From: Macrostomum hystrix
Taxonomy: Eukaryota > Animalia > Platyhelminthes
DNA length: 64,000 nt
Reading direction: 5' to 3'
NCBI GenBank assembly: GCA_950097015.1
Contig: CATNEN010000011.1
Coordinates: forward strand, 6,324,001 to 6,388,000
In this document: positions 44,349-55,417 of the stretch, one piece after another
Numbering within the stretch: position 1 is the stretch's first letter
How the letters are laid out: every line of letters begins with the position of its first letter
Made by a program: the position numbers and the translations under genes
The notes under the pieces: model-generated
The model's database searches: none
Seen by the model: the letters and a program-made list of their open reading frames with translations, nothing else
What the model was told of the DNA's origin: nothing

Positions 44349-45204
44349 GCCAGCCGCTGTGCTGGACACATTGCCCGTCTCCGCTCTGAAGTAGGCGATT
44401 GTCTGCCGCAGCTAACGAGTGACTGTCAAACGATTGTGCTGTCAGAGGAAATCTTCAGACAGACATATCACATCTAACTGGGCCACGTTCATTTTCCATA
44501 TGAAAAACTGGGTTATAAAGGCCTTTTCTTGGGCCTGAAACTGTTTGTCTGCTCGGGCGTTCTCTTTAATTCCTGTTCGTCGAAAGAAAAAGATTCGCGA
44601 AGGACGTTTCTGATTGGCTGCCCCTGTGGACGGGCTTCACCAAGGGACATTGTTGGATAATGGAACACTAGAAGGCGATTCACGAAGGCATTAGTTGGTT
44701 CTGTTTCGCTTTCATGGCGTAGGCTTCTAACAAATCATAAAATGATCAGTAGTTTTGGTACATCAGAACTATTTCTGAGATTCAATCCTCCTTAGATTTC
44801 CCCATCTACGCATATCATTGTCCTACTGAACACTAGATAGCTCGTAATAGTCCGTTTAGAGATTCATCTAGAAACCGTTTCCATGACAACAGAGCTCCTT
44901 TAAGCTATACGCATCGAAATTTGCTTCCAAACTAGATCCCACACGTTTCTCTTGAAATTGGGATTTCCTGATTTTAAGATTTCCTTACCTGAGAATTACT
45001 AATCTAAAGATTTTTCGATTTAAAAATGTTACCGAACAGTGATCTTTCATTTACCTTATTTAATTTACTTACTTACTTACCTTACTTACTTACTTACTTA
45101 CTTAATACTACCTGACTTACTTAAATAAGGTATTTATCTATCGATACACAGATTATCTATAAATAGGAACTCCCTAATCTATAGGGAATCCTGACTAGTA
45201 TTTC

Positions 45205-46085
45205 CTCGCCTTGGGATTTCCTCACCTTGGGATTTCCTCACCTTGGGATTTCCTCACCTTGTGATTTCCTCACCTTGGGATTTCCTCACCTTGTGATTTC
45301 CTCACCTTGGGATTTCCTCACCTTGGGATTTACTCACCTTGGGATTTCCTCACCTTGGGATTTCCTCACCTTGGGATTTCCTCACATTGGGATTTCCTCA
45401 CCTTGGGATTTCCGCACTTAGGGATTTCCTCACCTTGGGATTTCAGCACTTAGGGATTTCCTCACCTTGGGATTTCCTCACCTTGGGATTTCCTCACATT
45501 GAGATTTCCTCACCTTGGGATTTCCGCACTTAGGGATTTCCTCACCTTGGGATTTCCGCACTTAGGGATTTCCTCACGTAGGGATTTCCTCAACTTGGGA
45601 TTTACTCACCTTGGGATTTCCGCACCTAGGGATTTCCTCACGTAGGGATTTCCTCAACTTGGGATTTCCTCAACTTGGGATTTCCTCAACTTGGGATTTC
45701 CTCACCTTATGATTTCTTCACCTTGTGATTTCCTCACCTTGGGATTTCCTCACCTTCGGGATTTCCGCACGTAGGGATTTCCTCACGTAGGGATTTCCTC
45801 AACTTGGGATTTCCTCACCTTGGGATTTCCTCACCTTGGGATTTCCTCACCTTGGGATTTCCTCACCTTGGGATTTCCTCACCTTGTGATTTCCTCGCCT
45901 TGGGATTTCCTCACCTTGGGATTTCCTCACGTAGGGATTTCCTCAACTTGTGATTTCCTCACCTTGGGATTTCCGCACGTAGGGATTTCCTCACGTAGGG
46001 ATTTCCTCACCTTGGATTTCCGCACGTAGGGATTTCCTCACGTAGGGATTTCCTCAACTTGGGATTTACTCACCTAAGGATTTCC
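45205..46085. repeat. 16-bp minisatellite (TTGGGATTTCCTCACC)n upstream of NETO
   Basis: About 55 tandem units. Confidence 0.95.
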
Positions 46086-47429
46086 CAATCGAGGGACTTC
46101 GCAGTCTAGGGATTTTCATATCAAGGATTTTCAAGGGATTTTTTAGACAGATGAAAGCTTGAATTCACATTCTCTTTTTTGAGAAAGTTATATTTTCAGA
46201 TTTTCTGTTTCTGCTACACTTCTGACGAGTATTTAAAAAAATACATTTAGCGTTATTAATTACAAAGCAAAGCAAGTTGGCTAAAGTGCACAAAACGGAA
46301 TTAAAAGCTTTAAAAAGAAATCGAAAGAAAAAAATAATTGCTTCAGATAGCACTTCAAGATAAAGCTACAAAAAGTCACCAAAATGAAATCGAACCCAAC
46401 GAATTGAATAAGATCTGTGTGATAACCTGACTCGTCTGATTTGCTCGCTATCTGAGGTCGTCTCAGCCGTTTCAAATTATCCCGTAATTTCGACCAGAAT
46501 CAAATGCTTGATTAAATCTTTCGAATTAAAGGAGAAATTCTATAATACGTCGTAAAAGACAGGCAACTTTCGGAAACAGACCATAGCCCTGAAAGTTTCG
46601 AACCGTTGACCAACTTTGAATTTTAGTACCTAGTTTTCGACAGGTGGTGCATTATATTAGAAGTACACAATAGAAAAATTTGCTTAATTGTAATTCAGTT
46701 TTCGACTTGTTTAACTGCCCGTTGAGTCTGCAATTGTACTGTTTAGTATTTGTATATTTAAGCGAGGAAACGTTAAATATAAAACGTTAGGCAAAGTGTT
46801 TTATGAAAATGATTCAAATTTACTGCTAGCTTGATTTCAATACGCATTACAAAAATCAATCGATACTTTACGAATTGAAGAGTTGTTTTCGAATTCGCAG
46901 AAACTATTGAAAAAAAATGTGCGAAGCAAGCTACTTACAGTAATATAAGTGGACTAATTTTGCTTCGACAAATAATCAATTTACAAAAGCTGTCTTTAAA
47001 TATACGAATTTAAAAGAGGAAAGTGAGAAGATCTTTGCTTGATTAATCGACTGCTGAAAGCAAACAGAATTGGGAAACAAACCTGTCATTGATTAGGGAA
47101 AATTTGGACAAAGTCCTTTGCTCCACTTTTTGGTTCACTTAATAAACGCACATCTCTGACAATCTCAAAAACCATGCACTATTATTTTGTGTCTCAAGAC
47201 ATGCTTGACCGGAACGACAATTGAGTGAAAGGCTTAATTCGTGGTCGAGACATGCTCGAAAGGAATTTGTTCCTTTCATTTATTTGATAGAATTTTGATT
47301 GTCAAATGGAGTGTTTTTATGCTATTTTTTAAGTAATTTCTAGGACTTCACTCACGCCAATCAAAATTTAAAGGCAGATTTTACTAATTAAGCGCGAGTT
47401 CAATAAGCTCAACCAGTCAGCCTCGATCT

Positions 47430-48647
47430 TCAGTCTTCCTCCTCGGACGGAGGCACAATGGTGACCGGCCTGTGAGCGTGGTGCAGCACGTAGTCGCTGA
47501 CGGAGCCGAGGAAGGCGCGTCGCAGCTTGCCGATGCCGCGCGAGCCCATGACGATGAGGGCTACGTCCTCCTCGTCAGCGATCTGCACAATGGCCTGTTT
47601 AGCGGAATCGGTGTTCGCATATGGTCTCTTCTGAAATATACTCAATATCTGATATCAACGGGAGAGCGACATTTGCCAGCCAATATACCAGCTATTGCGT
47701 CTGATAACAGTAGAACTACCAAGCCACTTTGCCACGCGTTTTTATAACAAGGGGCGGAAAGTTTTCCACCTTAAATTTTTTTGGCAGCGCCTGAATTCTA
47801 ACACCGCTGATTGGTCGACAGACTTGGCGATGGTGTCCTGTGCTTGAGCTACGCCTAATATTTAGGCTTGGTCAGTGAAATTGGAGAAATTGCGTCATGC
47901 AGTGGCCTAGTTCCACCAGTTGTGGCCCTTGAAGGTCCAGCAGTCCGTCGGACGGACGGAGATGATGTAGGAACATTCGGGTGACATGCTGATAAATTTT
48001 GAAGGCCTGACAAGGCCGCACTGAGGCGCAGTGCTAATTCGTGTATAGGGGTGTATGAAAAACCCCGCGCTTATGGGAAAAATCAGACCTTCGGCCAGAT
48101 ATATTGAATATCTCGACGGTCTGAAGAGCTGGCGACTTGATTCTTGTTTCAGAAGATGCGCAACAAAAATTGGTCCGTTTTCTTGAGTTCCGTGTGCTTG
48201 CGTTGCCCCCCATTCAGGGGGATTTCGTATCAACTTAAGGCTCTAGAATGGAGCCCGAACCAAACCGACTCGTCCTTCAATTATTGTCATTCATAATGAA
48301 TATCAATATCCTATTACCTGGCCTGTACCGTGGGCAATGCGCTCCAGGAAGCGAATGTGCGCAATGCCCAGAGACTGGCAGAGCTCGCGCACGTGACTGG
48401 CCAGTTGCTTCGCCTCCGCCACCTTCTCCTCGACGGCCTTGGCGTACACTTCGCCAGCGGCTACGCCGGCCATGCCGAAACCGATGGCAACCTCCGGTGG
48501 CTCACTGACATTGGCGAAGATCACCTGGTCGGCGTCACGTTTGATGTGCTCCGCGTAGAAGCGGAGGCCGCGCTCGCTGTGCTGGCTCCGGTCAATGCCG
48601 ATCAGCACCTTGCGCGGCTGCTGCTGCTGCGTCTCGCTGCTGGCCAT
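47430..48647 (-). CDS. Universal stress protein A-like (USP domain), 2 exons: 48647-48318 and 47630-47430; 176 aa
   Basis: N-terminal RKVLIGIDRSQHS and C-terminal LIVMGSRGIGKLRRAFLGSVSDYVLHHAHRPVTIVP, with the G-2x-G-9x-GS motif intact. Phase-0 GT-AG intron. Confidence 0.93.
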
Positions 48648-48741
48648 TCTTGGATCTACGAGTAGAATGTTTGAATTTTTCATTGACGCATCATTTAACG
48701 GCATCTGACCAACAACAGCTCAGGGGTGTACAATCGCCTTT

Positions 48742-48900
48742 CTCGTCGGCTGAGAGTGTACACTCTCTTCACTGTCACTCTGCCTTTGGGGTTACCTCTC
48801 AAGGGCGCAGATTTTAGCTCTCAAAGACAAGCCCACCAAGCCTTCTCTCCACGGTTGCACTAATTCGCGGATTCGAACTCATGACGTTTGGTGCGAGAAT
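48742..48900 (-). mobile_element. tRNA-derived SINE, copy 3 (partial, diverged), just upstream of the USP start
   Basis: GTGTACACTCTC, CAAGGGCG, CCACCAAGCCTTCTCTCC and GGTGCGAGA match copies 2 and 4. Confidence 0.65.
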
Positions 48901-50467
48901 TTCTTTTTTCTCTCTTTAAATTTTTTTTCTCTCTTTAAATTTCTTTTTTCTACTATAAGTAGGTGAATGCGGATTTTAAACTATATAATTTTAAGTTGGC
49001 CGCGAAAATGTTATTTGTTTCCAAGAAAGCCTGAGATATGATTATCACAGAAAACTCAGGGCACCAGCTTTAACGAGTTCTTCAGGAATCTATTAGTATT
49101 TTAATTATTCCAAATAGTCTAGATTGAAAAACAAATTGTAAGCAAATTAGTAAAATTACATTGTCAATCCATAGGTTTATTCTGGGGTCGTTCAAAGGTC
49201 ACAAAACCCTGAAAGATTCGATTTGAGATCGACATAACCGGCACGAGAGCAGCCATTAACATTTAAATGGCTGCTCTTAAATTCTTATTCAAAAGGTGAT
49301 GACCAAAAGAAACTCACCTTTAAATTTTCTTGTCAGTCAAGATAAGACGAAGCAGTAGGAAGGGGTTTCTGTTCTCTGCTGTTTCTCGGCAGTCTGAGTT
49401 CCCTCCGCTGTAAATATGCGAGTATCCGGGCAAGGCTGGCCCTTCCTGACAGATCTCTGATAGGCGGGGTCTGTGGGATCTTGAGGAGATCAAGGAGCGA
49501 GGAAGAAGGCAAAGGGGCGTTCTGGGGATCTCAGGCTGAGCTCTGCATGGAGGGGGATTTGAGGTAAGTCGATGGGAGCTGCAGTCCCACCCCTATAGAA
49601 ATCCCCAACTATCCTAGCTAGGGCCTGGTAGTCTGTCAGTCTTGCCATTGGTTGGCGCACTCGCCCTCACTCTAGCCCAACTTCCAATTCCCCTTCCCAC
49701 CATTCCCCATGGCTGCTCTGTCCCTGACCTAATTCAAATAATCCCCCCCCCAGCCCCTGCTGAGGAAATAGGGGAGAGAAGAAGAGAGGGGAGAATTATA
49801 AATGTAGGGAGAGGAAGGGCCTTGGCTGTGAAATCGATCGACAGTTTGGGAGCAGGGGGGCTGTATTGACCCAACCTAAGCCAGCGCTAGTGCTTGTACA
49901 GTGCCTGGCGATGAGAGGGCAGGGATAGAGGGTTGGGGAGATTAGCGGGAAAGCGCGTGCACAGCTATACAGCTGGCCGTACACTGGGCATGAGTACGGC
50001 TTCGATTCTGCTGCTGCTGCTGACAGTGAAGAGTGGTAAAGAGAGGGATAGACTTGTAGGCCCTCTAAATAATGCAGGCGGGATGTACACTGCCAGTAAA
50101 TCCGGGGGTTGGAGAGGGAAGAGGGGAGAGAGACGGAGAGAGAAAGAGTGGGCCAGCCTTCCCCATGGCGATATATTTTTGGTCGCTATATTCCGGCCCC
50201 TCCCATGCAAACCACGGCCAACCCCGCAAAAAGGCTCCACTGCTGCCGCTGACGCTGCTGAAACTATATTGAAGCCACTAAAAGAAGGTTAATATAATAA
50301 TTTCAGCATTCAATAAAAGAAAAGTTTCTTAATCCGATCGGCTTAACTCGAAGCTATATAGGTGAGTATACACTCTGTTGGTCTTTTGGGCACCTAGATT
50401 ATATTAAATATGCAATTTCTGTGTGCAATTTCTGCATCACCAATTAACAATTCCAGCCAGCAAGACA

Positions 50468-50668
50468 ATGTCCTCGATCGCTCAGCAGAAGAAGATCGTA
50501 GAGCAGCTGCGAGTTGAAGCGGGCATGGCCCGGAAGCCGGTGTCCGAGTGCGTCCGGGACATGGTCCAGTTCATGGAGAGCAACAGGGACAAAGACTTCA
50601 TTGTGTCCGGCTTCGCATCAAAGAAGGACAACCCATTCCAGGAGAAGGGCGGCTGTCTGGTGCTGTGA
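50468..50668 (+). CDS. GNG: Heterotrimeric G-protein gamma subunit, 66 aa
   Basis: MSSIAQQKKIVEQLRVEAG..PVSEC..DFIVSG..DNPFQEKGGCLVL has the GGL-domain pattern, NPF and the CAAX box CLVL. A probable 5' UTR intron runs from GTGAGT (~50362) to CAG (50460). Confidence 0.95.
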   Translation: MSSIAQQKKIVEQLRVEAGMARKPVSECVRDMVQFMESNRDKDFIVSGFASKKDNPFQEKGGCLVL

Positions 50669-51759
50669 TGCACCGCTGCGATGACCGTTTGGGCAGTTCT
50701 CGGGCTAATTTTTTATTGAAACCAGTCTCTGTGCAAGATAACTAACTTGATTTCTTCTATAACAAATTTATAATACCAATATAAGAGTAGTCAGCAGTAA
50801 TACAGTAACTGGATTGTAAGTAAAAACTACATAATGTAAATATTTATTAAATTATAATACAGTACAAAACAGAGCTATAGTTATAGCAGGTTGGTACTCC
50901 AAGAAAGTCTATCATTTAATTGCTATAGTAATTTAGTAATACAAGTCAGCATACTAGTTATATCTAACGAACTTTACAAATACGTATACATACGAGTATA
51001 CTATAAGTACACCACGTTGAAGTAGCCTAGCTGTTTTCAATTATTGAACATTTTTGTGCGCAATAGTTCTATTTATATTTATGGCAAACAATTTCGCAGC
51101 CCGATACATTCTCAGAAGCATCAAGGTAAATCCAATAATGATTTATTTCCTCGGCAATTCTTAAGCCTAGAATTAGAAACCTGCTATATGTACTTTTACT
51201 ATTTATTCTATTTTGACAAGCTAAACCGGAACGTAATTGATGGCGACAGACAAGGCGAACACACAATAATTTTTAATATTTTTCGTTTTTGTTAACGCAC
51301 AACTATCACTCATATACTCGAAAATATGATTACACATCGCTGTTTATTGAGCAAACGGACTATACTGAAATCTTATAAATTTATAACTATTTGTTTTACG
51401 AATTAAAAAATACTTTTTATCTAATTTATCGTCTATTTCAACAAACGAATGCTAAAAATGACTCTGATTTTTATTTTACTATTCTGCGTTGTTAACAAAA
51501 GCAAGTTTTCATTTGCAATAATTGATCAATAAAGTTACATTTCTTTTTCGCATTATTTATGCTTTGAGTCACTTGTTCCACCAAGTCAATTGCCTAGTAA
51601 TCATAGTAACTTATATAACTGCCTTTACTGAGGCTTAATATTGCTTGTTTAATACATGAAAATATATAATTCTAAACAATGCATACTAAAACATATACTC
51701 AAAAAACATTTTGCTAAAAGTAATTTCGTTCATCGATTATATATACTATAGAAATATTG

Positions 51760-51810
51760 TTGGGAATCGACCCCCCGACCTTCGAGTCATGAGACAGACG
51801 CTATAGCAAA
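51760..51810 (-). other. tRNA-like fragment, probably a SINE-head relic
   Basis: The minus strand reads GCGTCTGTCTCATGACTCGAAGGTCGGGGGGTCGATTCCC, an anticodon arm plus T arm. There is no acceptor stem or D arm. Confidence 0.4.
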
Positions 51811-52589
51811 TAACTATTGAATCTTTGAAGCTCCTAGCTGCACAGTACTGAATTAAGCCGTTGCAGTCTTAATTCACAGCAATATTATGTAACATTAAAT
51901 TTTCTTAGTTAAAAACAATTTGGCAGTTATTTGTGAGGCCTATTACACAATTGCATCTCCAATTCTGGAGATAGTTGAGGCAATTGAGCTTGTGTACAAG
52001 CCCAGCTGATGAGGAGTGGTCAGTCCATCACTTCCACTTTCTTAAGTGTGGATCCGATCTTGCAGCAGCTTGAGCTTGTTGAGCTTGAACTCAAGTCCGC
52101 GTCGGTTAACAAGAGATTGACAGGAGCAAATCACTTAGCTTGCTTTCAGTCAACAATGTCCCCACTTTTTATTTTCGCCGTGACAAAAATCCTAACGATT
52201 CTAAATCCGGGGTTTTATGAGCAGTTGAAACTAAAGAACAAGACAAAGGATAAGCGAATTTTACGTAAGACTCAACTCCTTTGACTAGCAAATTCGTCAG
52301 ACGAAGGCACTGGTCTGACGCGACTATAAAACCACTTCTAATAGAACTCAGTCGCTACAGTTGCTCTGGCGGACATTGTACAGACATGGAATTGATACCA
52401 CTTTGACTCCGAAAAGCTGATGCTACATTGTGGAGTATTTTCCTTTCGCTTTGTGTTCTCGAGTTTTGATGCTTCAAAAAGCACGTCATTCTAAATTGAC
52501 AGATGTGAAAATTGGTCTGAGCTCTTTAATCAGTTCTTTTATTTCTTTCCAATTCATTCGCGGCAATCCGAACAGGCTCACAAGCTGCT

Positions 52590-53696
52590 CAGACCTCCGA
52601 GCGCTACTTCGGATCCGGATCGAGTGTCTGGCAGAGTGCATGAAGAGCGGCTGCGTCCTGGCTTCGCTCATCGCCAGCTCTGGCGTCTGCCAACTGCTGC
52701 AGCTGATCGATGCATCTCTGGGTCCGGGACCGTCAGGAACTCACGTGCAGAGACTCGTGGGCTCCGAGCCAGGAGCCAGTCTTTGGAAGGCTGAGAACTT
52801 TGAGCAGCTGGTCATCATGCGACAGCTAAACATCACCTTCACGTTTACCAGTGAGTTGATTTTCCTTTATTCAGGATCTGTATTCTAGTCGCAGAGTGCA
52901 GTATAGTAGTCCTTGCTACTACTATTGACCTACTGCACGCTGATTTTCCCCAGACAGCAGCTCGGTTTGGACCGGCTTCGTGCAGTCCGTGCCTCCTAAC
53001 CGGCTGCTACTCAATCGAGGTGTCGGGCGCCAGTGGCGGCAGCAAATACGTTCTCTGGTAAGGCTGGCGGCAGAGGCGCCTTCGTGTCGGGCCGATTCGT
53101 CCTTACAGCCGGCACCGCCCTGACCATTGTGGTCGGACAGGCGGGCGGCCCGCCGATGAATATGTACTCGGGAGGCGGCGGCGGAGGCGGCAGCTTCGTG
53201 TACCGGACTGTGGACGGACAACTTCTTGTCCGGGACCTTCGGAGCTAATGGCGAGTACAAACATTTATTTCTCTGAGAGAGGACTTCAGCCACCTTCAAC
53301 CAGATGTTGATTCCGCCGATTGTATGTCTGCCAGGAGAAGTTGGACCAAACGGCACGGACGTGAGCCTGTATGGAAGCTCAGTCAGTCACGGAGGCGTCG
53401 ATGGACAGCCGGGATTCAACGATCCGAGTGTGATGTCCACCACCCACTTCCATGGAGGCTGTGGTGCTTGCTGGCTGGGCCGGCCTGTGAACCCACGACG
53501 GAGCTCTGACGACAGCGACATAGGCGGCAGTCGGTCCGAAGGCTGGGTTGGAGGGCTTCCGGGCGGGACCAACACCGGTGTTGGCGGCTTTGGTGGTGAT
53601 GGCGCCGGGGCTGCGCTGAATAATTATTGGAGGGCCTCAGGCACTGGTGGCGGCTTCAGCGGAGGAGGCACTGTGTACCTCGCTGTAAATTCATGA
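52590..53696 (+). pseudogene. Frameshifted inverted paralogue of the glycine-rich-domain gene
   Basis: Exon remnants ~52590-52850, 52954-53250 and ~53325-53696 are collinear with 59281-55418. An 8-nt segment replaces a 13-nt segment at 52992-52999 (frameshift). The LAAAGGGG segment is deleted at ~53230, the 3' exon is truncated, and no signal-peptide exon was found. Confidence 0.82.
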
Positions 53697-54214
53697 CTAT
53701 TTCACGTTGCTGTTGTTGTTCATATTTGTAATCAATTTGACTGGACGCGTTGTTGACCAATGTAGTAGTGTGTTCTGCTTATTGGGAGGGCGTCCCAAAA
53801 GTTCCCGGAATTTCTAATCATTAGTTGACTTGATCAATTCTCACGGGTATAGGGGCGAATTTGAGAAAAAATGTATTAGTCTTATAATTCCGAATTGCTC
53901 AGGTGCCACTGAGCAGAAAGCTCAAGGCTGATGTGTAGAACGATCGGGTCAGAAGCCTAAGAAGAAGGGGCTTCTGAGAGGTCGTATCTTCGCCCACCGT
54001 CATGAAATCGAGGCCCGACTCGTCATGGCTCTCCTGCGCCATATGCCACGCTATGGACTTTGCCAGTGCCATTGATGACATGCACACGCGGTGGCGGAAA
54101 CGCGTTGAACAGTCTGTGGACTGACTACGTTGGAAGCTCAGGAAAGCAGACAAAATCTTAGTGGTTGTCATTTGTTATCTGTCAAATATTTTGCACGCTT
54201 GAATTTTTCACTAA

Positions 54215-54350
54215 ATTTTAAGACAGAGGTGCTGACCGAGGTGCTGTCCGACAGTCTAGCGGACCTGACGTGCCGCGGCGCAGACGGGCAGATCATCTCG
54301 CTCGAACGCTGCCAGCGGTTCACCTATCTCGGCGGAGCCAGATACTTCGC
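54215..54350 (+). mobile_element. Short LINE reverse-transcriptase relic
   Basis: NFKTEVL...ISLERCQRFTYLGG resembles the KT(K/E)V..LE.V..F.YLG thumb region of non-LTR RTs. It is short, so confidence is low. Confidence 0.4.
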
Positions 54351-55417
54351 CGAAGCCAAAATCCCTGGCTCATTGCTTTGCTTTTTAACGAGGCGAAACT
54401 GACTGGCATTTTGGTTTTGGCGGAGTCAAATTTTGGGAAATTGCAGTCATCCAATGCCAACTACCAAATTGGTTTGTTAGGCTACAGTAAGCTATACTCT
54501 TCTTACTAACTTCTAGTGTAAAACTACTGCAATAGGCTACTATCAGTAGTTTAAAATATAGATTAGGATATTTATTATCAAATATAAACTAAGGCACATT
54601 CAGTAGAAAGCAGGCATGATGTAGCGAAATATACAAATCCAAACTCGAAGTCTCCCACCTCGACACCTAGCGATACAGGTAACAGCAGTTTCTTCCGCGT
54701 TGTGCATCATTCTACAGTAGCTGACAGCAATAAACATTCTGTTTATAATTTTCAAAATGATGAAAACCTGATTGAAAACTTGACTGCATGCCTGAACGGT
54801 CAGGAAACAGCTCTCTTGTACATCTCCAGGTTTGCAAAGCTTCAAATGTGCCCCCGTTTTGACATATTTCATTAAGATTTCATTAAAGCCTGTTTGCCAT
54901 GCAAATTCAAATCTTTTTACCTCACAGATATCTTAGAAATCTCAGCTACCTTTGATTCTTCCAGTATTTGCAGTATCTGACAGTGACTGCCTGTGGAAAC
55001 TCTGCAAGGGGCGCAGCTGAGATTTCATGGAAATTAGTTGCACAAGGTCGCAAATTCTGTGCAGATTCTGAAATTCCATCAGACCCATTGCGGACTGTCA
55101 ATATAGCCTCACAACTTCATCGCTGCAGGTCGATTCTGTTTGTGGGTGCAGTTTTGTTTTATTTTTTCTATCAACAACTTTCGTACTTCACACGCTTTCC
55201 TAGCTTGTGCCTGCATACGGTATCTGTGTGCGTGTGATCATTATTAAATATTATACGGTGACACTACTAAATATTCGAGTGTGAGTGTAGTAAATGAATC
55301 ATTCTATAAACTTGTATGCTTAGATCAAACAGATATTTTAGTTATTTTTTGTTGTCCATCACAAGTTACTCACTCGCTACTGACCGGAGAAAATAGCTGC
55401 ATTCTGCGACATCAGCT

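Noticed and set aside
28822-46029. Other low-complexity ORFs over the arrays at 29.0, 34.1-36.5, 37.5, 38.7, 40.5-42.0 and 45.2-46.0 kb
   Set aside because: Each coincides with a tandem array and has no domain content.
47430-48647. Bacterial contamination or recent horizontal transfer of the USP
   Set aside because: It has a canonical spliceosomal intron and is flanked by host SINE and host genes.
49642-50292. Short ORFs in the purine-rich interval before the G-gamma gene
   Set aside because: There are no recognisable motifs or consistent splice sites.
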